From assembly GCA_964244895.1 (NCBI GenBank), contig CAXTKV010000025.1, positions 1 through 37,755 of the forward strand: a stretch of DNA of 37,755 bases. Direction: 5' to 3'. Below, piece after piece: positions 18,741-27,455 of this stretch. The notes below the pieces were generated by a model, which was given only the letters and a program-made list of their open reading frames with translations, ran no database searches and had not been told where the DNA came from. How positions within the stretch are numbered: position 1 is the first letter of the stretch; every line of letters begins with the position of its first letter. This stretch comes from an uncultured Deinococcales bacterium. Its GTDB lineage: Bacteria; Deinococcota; Deinococci; Deinococcales; JAAFIG01. Both the position numbers and the translations under genes were made by a program.

Positions 18741-20198
18741 CTATCCCTCGTGCGCTTTCAACCACGCCAGGATCTGGTCGGATTGGTTCTCGAGTTCGCC
18801 GTCCACCACGGCTTGCGCGGCCAGCTTCTTCAAGCGACCCAGTTCCGGCCCCGGCTCGAGGCCAAACGCGAGCATGATCTCGCGCCCGGAAAGCGCCAGC
18901 GCGCGCTCGTCGAAGCTGGCGATGGCCGGACCGAAGGCCTCGCAGCGTTGACGGACGGTGCGCGCCCAGGTGCGCGGGTCGAAACCTTCCGGCAGAACGT
19001 GCGCGCTCAGATCGGCCTCGCGGCATTCCAAGGCCGCCATCCAGTCGTCCCCGAGGTCGTTCAGCCAGCGTCGCAGCACCTTGTCGCTGGACACCCTGGG
19101 CGGTCTCATGTGCTGGCGCACGATGCGGACGGTACTTTCCAGGGTTTGCGCCGGGAATTTCAGGCGCTCGAGGATCGCGCGCGCCAGGTGCGCACCCTCG
19201 ACCTCGTGACCGTAGTAATGCGCGATTATCCCGGACGCGCCGGGAACGACCGGATGCTCAGACGCGCCAGGAACGACCGGATTCTTAGACGCGCCGGGAA
19301 CGACCGGCGCGATTCCATCATCACCGAAACTCTGCGTCATCGGTTTGCCGATGTCGTGCAGCAGCAGGGCCAGCCGCGCGTTTAACGCCGCGCCGCTCGA
19401 GACGGCGTAGCGCACGGCGTGAAAGACGTGTTCGTCCAGCGTGAACTGGTGGTGGGGGTTTTGTTGATCGAAACCGATGGATGCCCGAATTTCGGGCACG
19501 ATCCAGCCCAGCAACCCCGAATCCCGAAGGATTCGCAAAGCGCGGTGAACGCCATCCGCGTGCGAAGCCTCGAGCAGACCCAGCAGTTCCGTCTGCAGGC
19601 GCTCCGGCGCGACGGACGCAATCAGCTCGGCGCTGAGCGTCATCGCATCCAGGGTTTCCGGTGCGATCAAAAAGTCCAGCTTGGCCGCGAACCGCGCGGC
19701 GCGCAGCATCCGCAACGGGTCTTCCTTGAAACGCTCGTTGGCGTCACCGACCGCCCGCAGGACGCGATCTTCGAGATCGCGTCGCCCGCCGAAAGGATCG
19801 TGAATCGGGCCGTCCGGTAAGCGCTTTGCGATGGCGTTGACCGTGAAATCCCGGCGCGCCAGGTCAGCGTCTAAGGTCAGATGCGGGTCGTAGCTGACCT
19901 CGAAATCCCTGTGCCCGACGCCCGTGCTGCGCTCCGTGCGCGGCAGGGCCACGTCGATCGTGGCCTCCTGGCTCGAGACTTTCAGCACGCCGAAGCTCGC
20001 GCCGACCGCGTCCACGCGCGCGAAGGCGCTCAGACCTCCGACCAGCTCCTCGAGACCGATCCCCGTCACGAGCACGTCCGTGTCCTTGACCGGAAAGCCC
20101 AGCAGCCCGTCCCGCACGCCGCCGCCGACCAGGTACGCGACGCCACCGCGCTCAGTCACGGCGCGGACGATTTCCTCGAGGAGTTCGGCTTCATTCAT
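18741..20198 (-). CDS. cca: Class II tRNA nucleotidyltransferase with HD domain
   Basis: VGGGVRD..LG...DTD, RTE flexible loop, DLARRDFTVNA, EDPLRMLRAARF, HH..T..EH, HDIGKP. Confidence 0.9.
   Translation of the reverse strand: MNEAELLEEIVRAVTERGGVAYLVGGGVRDGLLGFPVKDTDVLVTGIGLEELVGGLSAFARVDAVGASFGVLKVSSQEATIDVALPRTERSTGVGHRDFEVSYDPHLTLDADLARRDFTVNAIAKRLPDGPIHDPFGGRRDLEDRVLRAVGDANERFKEDPLRMLRAARFAAKLDFLIAPETLDAMTLSAELIASVAPERLQTELLGLLEASHADGVHRALRILRDSGLLGWIVPEIRASIGFDQQNPHHQFTLDEHVFHAVRYAVSSGAALNARLALLLHDIGKPMTQSFGDDGIAPVVPGASKNPVVPGASEHPVVPGASGIIAHYYGHEVEGAHLARAILERLKFPAQTLESTVRIVRQHMRPPRVSSDKVLRRWLNDLGDDWMAALECREADLSAHVLPEGFDPRTWARTVRQRCEAFGPAIASFDERALALSGREIMLAFGLEPGPELGRLKKLAAQAVVDGELENQSDQILAWLKAHEG
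19220..19314. repeat. In-frame 87-bp insertion: three 27-bp-period units flanked by 8-bp direct repeat
   Basis: GACGCGCCRGGAACGACCGG at 19234, 19261, 19288; GCGCGATT at 19220-19227 and 19307-19314; encodes 3x PVVPGAS. Confidence 0.95.
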
Positions 20199-20227
20199 GG
20201 TGCGCCCTTCAGGATACAGGCGAGAAC

Positions 20228-20280
20228 GAGAACACCGCGCAGGACGCGAACTCGAGAATACTGTCCACTACGGTGTTCTC
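20228..20280. repeat. Palindromic family A copy
   Basis: GAGAACACCGCGCAGGACG...CTGTCCACTACGGTGTTCTC. Confidence 0.8.
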
Positions 20281-20284
20281 AGGG

Positions 20285-21253
20285 TTATTCGTACAGGGAA
20301 AGCAGGAAGGCATCGGCGTACTCGCGCTCGGGTTTTTCGGGCAGGACGCTGAGGGCTTCGGCGGCGCGGGCGGCGGCCAGCTTTTCGTCCAGCAACTCGA
20401 CCAGCCTCTCGTAGCCGTACACGCCCAGCTTCGTATCGCGCATCACGGCGGCGAACACGGGTTCGTGGGGGTAGGTCACGCGGCCCGTCAGATGCAACTG
20501 CCGGATCTCTTCGAGGACGCGCAGGCTGTGGCTGAAGGCTTTGAAGTCCACGCCCGCGTCCATCGCGGCCCGCGAGCGCTTGCCGTAACCGCGCTCGAGT
20601 TCGCGCAACGGCTCGAGCGCCCACGAGGCGCGCGCCGAGAAATCGAAGGCTTTTTCCAGGATCACCAGTTGCCGCTGGCTCGCGTCGCTGATGCGTTCAA
20701 AAGCCAGCCGATGATCCGCGATGTCCAGCAGGATCGTGGGTGCGACATCCCTGATCAGCCCGTCCGTGGCACGTTCCAGGTGATCTATGGCCACCCGGAC
20801 GGCGCGCAAATGTTTGCCCCGGTCGGTGTAGCGCACCGCTTGCGCGTAGGCGAAACCCATCATGCCCGAGAGCTGCCGCGAGAGCAGCCGCGTCGCGTCC
20901 AGATCGCGCAAGCGCGCCTCGAAAGCCGCGTCCGTGCCGTCCAGCACGGCGCTCGGGTTGGTGTGGCTGAACAATAGTGACACCGCGTTGATGTCGCCGC
21001 GCAGCACCAGCTTCAGCCAGAACTGCAGGCTCCAGACGGTCACGTCCACGTCGTCGCTCGAGTTTTTCAGGCCGCTGCCGGAGTTGTTCGTGTTGCGCGT
21101 GAACTGCTGCGGTGCGGTCTGCAAGTACAGCGATTCGCGCGAGGGCAAGAATATGCCCTTGATGTCGAGGTCGCTGTTCGGCGTGGCCGTGCCGAACAGC
21201 TGAGAGCCCGACCTGGCCAGGTACAGGAGTTTGTGCGGGTTGACATCGATCAT
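20285..21253 (-). CDS. Pol-beta superfamily nucleotidyltransferase (RlaP-like)
   Basis: SGSQLFGTATPNSDLDIKGIFLP, third acidic DVD, C-terminal DFKAFSHSLRV and LPEKP motifs. Confidence 0.8.
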   Translation of the reverse strand: MIDVNPHKLLYLARSGSQLFGTATPNSDLDIKGIFLPSRESLYLQTAPQQFTRNTNNSGSGLKNSSDDVDVTVWSLQFWLKLVLRGDINAVSLLFSHTNPSAVLDGTDAAFEARLRDLDATRLLSRQLSGMMGFAYAQAVRYTDRGKHLRAVRVAIDHLERATDGLIRDVAPTILLDIADHRLAFERISDASQRQLVILEKAFDFSARASWALEPLRELERGYGKRSRAAMDAGVDFKAFSHSLRVLEEIRQLHLTGRVTYPHEPVFAAVMRDTKLGVYGYERLVELLDEKLAAARAAEALSVLPEKPEREYADAFLLSLYE

Positions 21254-21544
21254 GAATCACCATTTTCTCTCCGGAACGCGCGAATACGCGTGCGGAACGC
21301 ATACCTGGGCCAATCGAGTGTGCCACACGGTGCGCGCCCCACAAAACGCGTTCTGGCCTAGGCTGTTCGCGCGGATTGCGCGATTATTTCATCCTGGACG
21401 GTACTCTCGAGAAGAGGACACTCGCCGCTCGAGGCTGAATGCCCCGGACGGGACAGAAAATAACGCTCGGGGTGGCGAATAGAACTGATTCGTTTAAAAC
21501 AGAACGTGTGTTAAAATGTGGCTCAAAACAAAAGGAGGTCGTTC

Positions 21545-21946
21545 ATGGCTCAAATCAAGGAAGCGAATCCCTGGCCGAAAGGCATCTTTGCCATCACCCT
21601 GTTCGTCGAAGACCTGGAAGCCGCGAAGCAGTTCTACAAAGAGGTTTTCGGCCTACCAGTAGAATTCGAGGACGATCACTCGAGCGTCTTCAACTTCAAG
21701 AACACCCTGATCAACTTACTGAAAACCACGGCGGTCAACGAACTGATCGAACCTGCGACGATGGCCAGCCGCGAAGCTGGATCGCGGATGGTCTTCACCA
21801 TCAAGGTTGACGACGTTGACGCGATGTGCGCGGAATTGACCGGGCGCGGGCTGGTGCTGCTGAACGGCCCGATGGATCGGCCCTGGGGTATTCGCACGGC
21901 CAGTTTCAAGGATCCTGCCGGTCACATCTGGGAGATCGCAACGTAG
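21545..21946 (+). CDS. VOC/glyoxalase family protein
   Basis: ITLFVEDLEAAKQFY, VDDVDA, PWGIRTASFKDPAGHIWEI; AAGGAGG RBS. Confidence 0.9.
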   Translation: MAQIKEANPWPKGIFAITLFVEDLEAAKQFYKEVFGLPVEFEDDHSSVFNFKNTLINLLKTTAVNELIEPATMASREAGSRMVFTIKVDDVDAMCAELTGRGLVLLNGPMDRPWGIRTASFKDPAGHIWEIAT

Positions 21947-22008
21947 ACCAGGCTGCACCCCAGAATTGGCCCGTGTCACATTTGAGGCTCGAGCCTAGAA
22001 TCCATGGT

Positions 22009-22680
22009 GTGACCGATATTGACTGGGCCGCGCTGCGCGAACAACAGCGCCAGATTGCGCTGAAGGCCGTCTACACCGGCTCGCTCGAGGGCGTGCGACG
22101 CTTCGCGGCGGTGGACATGTCCTCGCAATCCTTCTACGGCGGCGAGAACGCCGCGATGTACGCGGCGGCGGTCGTGCTGGAACGCGGCTCAAAGACGCCG
22201 CTCGAGGTCGCGACCGCCAGCATGATCCCGGAAGTGCCGTACAAGACGGGCTTCCTGGCCTTCCGAGAGGCTCCAGTGATCTCGAAGGCGCTCGAGCAAC
22301 TGCGTTCCAGTTTCGATCTCGTCTGGGTGGACGGTCACGGCCTGATGCACCCGCGCCGAGCCGGGATCGCCACGCAACTGGGCGTGCTGCTGGGCAAGCC
22401 CAGCCTGGGAGTCGGCAAGACGCCATTGCACGGCGAACACGCCGCGCTCGAGGACGCTGCGGGCTCCCGCCAGCCCGTCACGGCTCGAGGCGAAGACCTG
22501 GGTTTCGCGGTCAGGTTGCGGGATCGGGTCAAACCCATTTTTGTCTCGCCGGGGCACCTGTGCGATCCGGACGCCGCGCTCGGCTTCGTGCTGGAACACG
22601 CCGATGGGTACAGGCTGCCGTGGCCTTCTCGGGTCGCACACGAACAGGCCAACATTTTCCGGCGCGAGAGCGAAGACTGA
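22009..22680 (+). CDS. nfi: Endonuclease V
   Basis: AVD.S, PY.TGFLAFRE, VDGHG..HPRRAGIA, GVGK, KPIFVSPG; leaderless GTG 7 nt after TAGAAT. Confidence 0.92.
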   Translation: MTDIDWAALREQQRQIALKAVYTGSLEGVRRFAAVDMSSQSFYGGENAAMYAAAVVLERGSKTPLEVATASMIPEVPYKTGFLAFREAPVISKALEQLRSSFDLVWVDGHGLMHPRRAGIATQLGVLLGKPSLGVGKTPLHGEHAALEDAAGSRQPVTARGEDLGFAVRLRDRVKPIFVSPGHLCDPDAALGFVLEHADGYRLPWPSRVAHEQANIFRRESED

Positions 22681-22808
22681 ATCGCGAGCCTGCGAATCCC
22701 CGAAATCGTCCTTTTGGGCGCAATACTTCACGTTTCTTCTCAAACTGGAGTCCGTTCGAGGTGATTTTTCCACTGCGAATTTCCTTATACCCGAGTATCC
22801 TCGAAAGC

Positions 22809-23261
22809 GTGATTGATTACGGCCTGTTGAGCATCGGGAACCAGCCGGACGGCGTGATCGCCGTGCGCGCCTTCCTGACCCCGGACGAGTTCCAGGAAGT
22901 CTCTTACGAATCCGTTCAGGATGACAACGCCGCCATCCGGCGGGCGCTTCGCACCTTCTGCGACACGCGCCAGTTGCCGCTCGTGCTGACCGTGGGCGGT
23001 TCCAACGTCGGCGTGCGCGAACGCGTGCCAGAGATCACGGCGGAACTCTTAGAGCGCCCAATCCCCGGACTGGCCGAACTGATGCGCCTGGCCGGGATTC
23101 AGAAAGCCCGAGTCAACGCCCTCTGGCGCGGTCTGGCCGGGCAACGCGGCAGGTCGATCATCATCAACTTGCCCGCCCACGACACCACGACCGCCGTTCA
23201 GGCCGTGCTGCCGCTCCTGCCGGTCGTGCTCGAGGCGATCCGTATCGAAGTGCCCGCTTGA
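22809..23261 (+). CDS. MogA/MoaB-like molybdopterin-binding protein
   Basis: V.DD, LVLTVGG..VG.RE..PE.T, IPGLAELMR, IINLP; leaderless GTG 7 nt after TATCCT. Confidence 0.75.
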   Translation: MIDYGLLSIGNQPDGVIAVRAFLTPDEFQEVSYESVQDDNAAIRRALRTFCDTRQLPLVLTVGGSNVGVRERVPEITAELLERPIPGLAELMRLAGIQKARVNALWRGLAGQRGRSIIINLPAHDTTTAVQAVLPLLPVVLEAIRIEVPA

Positions 23262-23321
23262 ACACACCGTCCGGTACGCCGTTTTTGTACCTTCAAGAAC
23301 ACCGTCCTGGACGGTGTTCTT
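23262..23321. repeat. Palindromic family A copy (perfect core), possible terminator between convergent genes
   Basis: AAGAACACCGTCC-T-GGACGGTGTTCTT at 23295-23321 followed by a T-run. Confidence 0.9.
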
Positions 23322-23335
23322 TTTTGGCTCGAGCC

Positions 23336-24163
23336 TTAGCGCTTCTGGCAATTCGGACAAAAATGCGTGCCGCGTTGCGCCAGAAAGTATTTTTCTATTG
23401 GCGTCCCGCAGCGGCTGCAGGCTTCACCCGCCCGGTCGTAGACGGCGTGCTCGAGCTGAAAATACCCCGGTTCGCCGCGCGGTTGCTGATAGGAATTGTC
23501 CGACAGCGTGCTGCCGCCGGCCTGAAGCGCGCGGGTCATGACCTCGCGGATCGCACCGTGCAGACGCCCGGATTGGGCGCGCGTCAGATGGCCCGCCTCT
23601 GGGTGAATTTTCGCGTGCCAGAGCGCTTCGTCCGCGTAAATGTTGCCCACGCCCGCCACGGGTTTCTGCGATAAGAGCGCAGGTTTGACCCGACTGACCC
23701 TCTTCATGGCCGCCGCGAACGGGGCCAGCTTGAACTCCTCCGACAACGGTTCCGGCCCCATCGCCGCCAGCGTCCCGATGTGACCCCAGGCGTCCCGTGG
23801 CACGACCTCCCAGAAGCCGAAGCGTCTGGAATCCACGTAAGACACCTCGCCGCGATCCGTCTCGAGGCGCAGACGCTCGAAACGCGGCGCGTCCTGAAAC
23901 CGCCCCGAAGCGTCCGGGAAGCGGAAGCCGCCCGTCATTTTCAGGTGCACGATCACATCGAGCGGTTCAGCGGCGCTGTCGTCGTCCAGTCTGAAAATCA
24001 GGTACTTGCCGCGCCGTTCCAACCGATCCACGCGCCGCCCGATGGCCGAAAGCGTGTTGCGGTAACGCTCTGGGTCAGCGTGGTGAATCGCGGTGATGGT
24101 GCGCCCCAACAGCGCGGGTTCCAGGGCGCGACGGGTGGTTTCGACCTCCGGCAGTTCGGGCAT
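23336..24163 (-). CDS. mutM: Formamidopyrimidine-DNA glycosylase
   Basis: MPELPEVET, RRGKY, GVGNIYADE, C-terminal zinc finger CSRC...CPNCQ. Confidence 0.95.
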   Translation of the reverse strand: MPELPEVETTRRALEPALLGRTITAIHHADPERYRNTLSAIGRRVDRLERRGKYLIFRLDDDSAAEPLDVIVHLKMTGGFRFPDASGRFQDAPRFERLRLETDRGEVSYVDSRRFGFWEVVPRDAWGHIGTLAAMGPEPLSEEFKLAPFAAAMKRVSRVKPALLSQKPVAGVGNIYADEALWHAKIHPEAGHLTRAQSGRLHGAIREVMTRALQAGGSTLSDNSYQQPRGEPGYFQLEHAVYDRAGEACSRCGTPIEKYFLAQRGTHFCPNCQKR

Positions 24164-24221
24164 GGCCTGGAGTGTACGCTCGGGGCTGAAGCTCGAGAAG
24201 GGCGCAGGTCACGAGGCGCAG

Positions 24222-24244
24222 AAATACCGTGCTGGACGGTGTTT
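24222..24244. repeat. Palindromic family A single core overlapping the hisA stop
   Basis: AAATACCGTGCTGGACGGTGTTT. Confidence 0.8.
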
Positions 24245-24944
24245 AGCCTTCAGGAAACACCAGCGTGCCCTCGTAGAGCGCCCGACCGACGATCGCGCCC
24301 TCGATGCCCAAATCTTCGAGCAATTCCAGATCTTGAGCGTCGCGCACGCCGCCACCCGCCGCCAACCGACCCGGCCACGCGGCCCGCATGGCTTCCAGCG
24401 GCGCTCTGTCCAGCCCCTCGAGCGTCCCATCCCGGCTGACATCCGTATAAATCAAGGATTTCACGCCCTGCGCCCAGACGCGCGCCGCCAGTTCGGTCGC
24501 GCGAACGCGGCTCGCCTCGAGCCAACCCTTGACGGCCACCAGACCGTCCCTGGCGTCCACGCTGACCACGACCGCGCCCGCGCCGAAATCCGTCAGCAGC
24601 GCCGCCACCAATTCCGGGTTCGTGACCGCCGCCGTGCCGATCACGACCTGCGCCGCGCCACCCTCGAGCAGAATTCTGGCGGCTTCCAGGCTGCGGATGC
24701 CGCCGCCGACCTCGATGGGCACGGACAGTTCCTTTGCAATCTTGAGGATGATGTCGCGGTTCTCGCCCGCGCCCGTGGCGGCGTCCAGATCCACCAGGTG
24801 AACCAGCCCCGCGCCCAGCCCCGCCCAGTGCTGCGCGGCTTCCAGGGGATGTTCGAAGTAGACTGTCTCGAGTTTCGGATCGCCCTTGAACAACCGGACG
24901 GCGCGACCGCGTTGAATGTCCACGCACGGGATGACCTCGACCAC
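24243..24944 (-). CDS. hisA: ProFAR isomerase
   Basis: [42 protein letters not shown]. Confidence 0.95.
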   Translation of the reverse strand: MVEVIPCVDIQRGRAVRLFKGDPKLETVYFEHPLEAAQHWAGLGAGLVHLVDLDAATGAGENRDIILKIAKELSVPIEVGGGIRSLEAARILLEGGAAQVVIGTAAVTNPELVAALLTDFGAGAVVVSVDARDGLVAVKGWLEASRVRATELAARVWAQGVKSLIYTDVSRDGTLEGLDRAPLEAMRAAWPGRLAAGGGVRDAQDLELLEDLGIEGAIVGRALYEGTLVFPEG

Positions 24945-24999
24945 GCGCAGAGATTACCAGAGATCGCGGATTCCTAAGGCCTGAACGTATGATTCGAGC

Positions 25000-25383
25000 G
25001 TGTTCCGCGTTTCGGTGCGTCGGTGGCTGCTGCGGGCCGTGCTGGTCGCGGTCGGCGCGGTCGTATTGACTGTTTTGACCGCACTCGTGCCGCGCCCGAT
25101 CTACCCGACGGACGGTGCGCAAATCGTGCGGTTCGGCTACCCGTTGCCGTTCATCGCGCAGGACGTTTCAGGCGTTCGGGTGAGCACCTACCCCGCCTGG
25201 GTCGGCCTCGAGCCTTCACGCGGGCTGGAATTGGCGTGGCGCACGGTCGCGGTGGATGTCGCGTTCTACGCGGTGGCGTTCGCGCTCGGCGGCGTGATGG
25301 TGCGCGCCGCCAACCGGGATCGGACGCGGCGCATCATGCAGCGCGACGTGCGCCTGGGACGCGACCCGAACTGGCGCGATTGA
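25000..25383 (+). CDS. Hypothetical membrane protein
   Basis: Two hydrophobic segments, FGYPLPF motif; leaderless GTG 6 nt after TATGAT. Confidence 0.65.
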   Translation: MFRVSVRRWLLRAVLVAVGAVVLTVLTALVPRPIYPTDGAQIVRFGYPLPFIAQDVSGVRVSTYPAWVGLEPSRGLELAWRTVAVDVAFYAVAFALGGVMVRAANRDRTRRIMQRDVRLGRDPNWRD

Positions 25384-25390
25384 AGCTCGG

Positions 25391-25440
25391 GAAGACCGTC
25401 CAGGACACGAACTCGAGAACGCGTCCTGGACGGTGTTCTC
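25391..25440. repeat. Palindromic family A copy
   Basis: GAAGACCGTCCAGGACACG...CGCGTCCTGGACGGTGTTCTC. Confidence 0.85.
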
Positions 25441-25445
25441 TCAAC

Positions 25446-26390
25446 TTACAGGATGCGTTTGCCCAACAAGCTCGCGGCCATCTCGACCATGATCCGCGCG
25501 GTGGCGTTGCGGTTGTCCAGCACGGGGTTGACCTCGACCAGATCGAGGCTGCCGACCTTGGCGGAATCCGCCAGAATTTCCATCAACAAATGCGCCTCGC
25601 GGTAACTCAGACCGCCGGGAACGGGCGTGCCGACGCCCGGAGCGATGCTCGGATCGAGCGAGTCCGCATCGAAAGACACGTGAATTCGGCTGACGCCGGA
25701 CAGCTTCTCGAGCGCATCGTGTGCGACCCGCGCCAGCCCGAGCGTGTCGATCTCTTTCATGGTGAAAATGCTCGCACCTCGGGCTTTCAGAAGCTCCCGC
25801 TCGGCGTGATCGACGCTGCGAATACCGATCATCACGATGTCTTCGGGCCTGATTTTTGCGCCCACCCCGCCGATGTTGACCAGCCGTTCGTCGCCCAGCC
25901 CGACCAGGTGCGCCACGGGCATGCCGTGAATGTTGCCGGACGGCGAGATTTCTGGCGTGTTGAAATCCGTGTGCGCGTCCACCCACACCAGCCCGATGCG
26001 CTCGCTCGGTTCATCTGCGCGCCGGGAACGACCGGGCTCATCTGCGCGCCGGGAACGACCGGCGCGACGCGCCACTCCAGCCACAGTGCCCATGCTCATC
26101 GAGTGATCTCCACCGATGCAGATTGGAAACATGTCACTCGGCAGTTGCGATAGCCGCTCTGCGGTTTCCTGGCACGCTTGAAGGATTTCTTCGAGGTAAC
26201 GCGGGTCGTTCGATGACCGATCGATGGCTTCCACCACGGGCACGTCGACGTTACCGTGATCCGTCACCTGGTGGCCCAGGGCGTGCAGGGTTTCCGCGAG
26301 TTGCGCGTACCGAATCGCGCTCGGCCCCATGTCCACGCCGCGCCGACCCGCCCCCAAATCCATTGGAATGCCCAGAATGCCAACCTTCAT
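25446..26390 (-). CDS. rocF: Arginase
   Basis: RRGVDMGP, GGDHS, DAHTDFN, SGNIHGMP, SFDADSLDP, EVNP. Confidence 0.93.
   Translation of the reverse strand: MKVGILGIPMDLGAGRRGVDMGPSAIRYAQLAETLHALGHQVTDHGNVDVPVVEAIDRSSNDPRYLEEILQACQETAERLSQLPSDMFPICIGGDHSMSMGTVAGVARRAGRSRRADEPGRSRRADEPSERIGLVWVDAHTDFNTPEISPSGNIHGMPVAHLVGLGDERLVNIGGVGAKIRPEDIVMIGIRSVDHAERELLKARGASIFTMKEIDTLGLARVAHDALEKLSGVSRIHVSFDADSLDPSIAPGVGTPVPGGLSYREAHLLMEILADSAKVGSLDLVEVNPVLDNRNATARIMVEMAASLLGKRIL
26011..26066. repeat. In-frame insertion: two 27-bp-period units sharing the cca repeat core
   Basis: CGCGCCGGGAACGACCGG at 26018 and 26045; encodes 2x GRSRRADEP. Confidence 0.95.
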
Positions 26391-26520
26391 GCGCGAAGGC
26401 TAGCACTACGATTTTGCGTTACTCGCACCCGTGAATCTTCATGCGGTAACGAAATCCTCAGTCAATGCTTCAGAACGCCGTCCTGGAGACGAGATTCTCG
26501 AGCATCACATGAATTCGCGC

Positions 26521-27321
26521 TCAACGCCGAGCGTGTTTGTATCCGGTGCTGACCAGCAACCAGCGCGTCAACCACGGCAACACGTGGTTGACCACCAGCA
26601 GCGCACCCACCAGCCACGGCACGACCGTCATGGCGCGATTTGATCGGATTGCGCCCGCGATGGCCTTCGCCGCGTCTTCCGCGCTGACCGACGGCAGCAC
26701 CCGACCGATGCCCGGAAAGCGGTCCGTCACGCCCCGATTCGTCGTGAAATACGGCGTCCTGACCTGACCGGCCAGCACCATGCCGACCGTCACGCCCGTC
26801 CCGACCAGATCAGCCCGCAACGTTTCAAACAGGCCGCGCAGCGCCCACCTCGAGATACCGTAAACGCTCGCGCCCGGCCACGGAGCCCACGCAATCGGCG
26901 AACCCATGATGATGATCCGCCCAGAGCGGCGCGCCAGGAAATCCGACATGAACGCCCGAACCACCCAGAAGGCCGCCCAGAACGGCGAATTCAGCATCTC
27001 GAGGGCCTCGTTGGGCTGGGTTTCCTCGATGAACAACCAGCGTCCCGCACCTGCGCTCAACACCAACGCGTCCGGCACGCCAACATTTTGCCTGACGGTC
27101 TGCGCGAGGTTTGACGCTGCATCGGCGTCGCTTAGATCGCACGCGTGAACGAACGCCGTACCGCCCGCACCGCGAATCTCTCGGGCGACCCGCTCCAGGT
27201 TCTCTGCCGTGCGCGCCACCAGAACCACCCTCGCGCCCAGGCGCGCCAAGTGCTTCGCGCTGGCCTCACCGATGCCGCTCGAGGCTCCGGTAATCAGGAT
27301 CGTGCTGCCCGCAATGTCCAC
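26521..27321 (-). CDS. Short-chain dehydrogenase/reductase
   Basis: ITGASSGIG, CDLSD, SAG; catalytic motif reads YGISR rather than YxxxK. Confidence 0.85.
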   Translation of the reverse strand: MDIAGSTILITGASSGIGEASAKHLARLGARVVLVARTAENLERVAREIRGAGGTAFVHACDLSDADAASNLAQTVRQNVGVPDALVLSAGAGRWLFIEETQPNEALEMLNSPFWAAFWVVRAFMSDFLARRSGRIIIMGSPIAWAPWPGASVYGISRWALRGLFETLRADLVGTGVTVGMVLAGQVRTPYFTTNRGVTDRFPGIGRVLPSVSAEDAAKAIAGAIRSNRAMTVVPWLVGALLVVNHVLPWLTRWLLVSTGYKHARR

Positions 27322-27353
27322 GGCCAGAAGTCTAACGTGCGGGTTCCTCGAGC

Positions 27354-27414
27354 GAAGACCGTCCTGGACGGTCTTCTTTCATCTTGAGAAAACGCCGTGC
27401 TGGACGGTGTTCTC
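27354..27414. repeat. Palindromic family A, two cores in tandem
   Basis: GAAGACCGTCCTGGACGGTCTTC and AAACGCCGTGCTGGACGGTGTTC. Confidence 0.9.
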
Positions 27415-27455
27415 TCGTTTGCCCAACCTAAAGAAGCTGATATGCTCAAGTCAAT

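Noticed and set aside
19234..19307. Mini CRISPR array
   Set aside because: Repeats of 18-20 bp with 7-9 bp linkers are too short, the array is in-frame in a CDS, and no cas genes are present.
21308..21325. Sigma54 promoter upstream of the RlaP-like gene (TGGCAC...TTGGC on minus strand)
   Set aside because: GG-to-GC spacing is 12 rather than the required 10.
23885..23930. Third copy of the coding-sequence repeat in mutM (RFPDASGRFQDAP)
   Set aside because: Only an imperfect 21-bp duplication lacking the 18-bp core.
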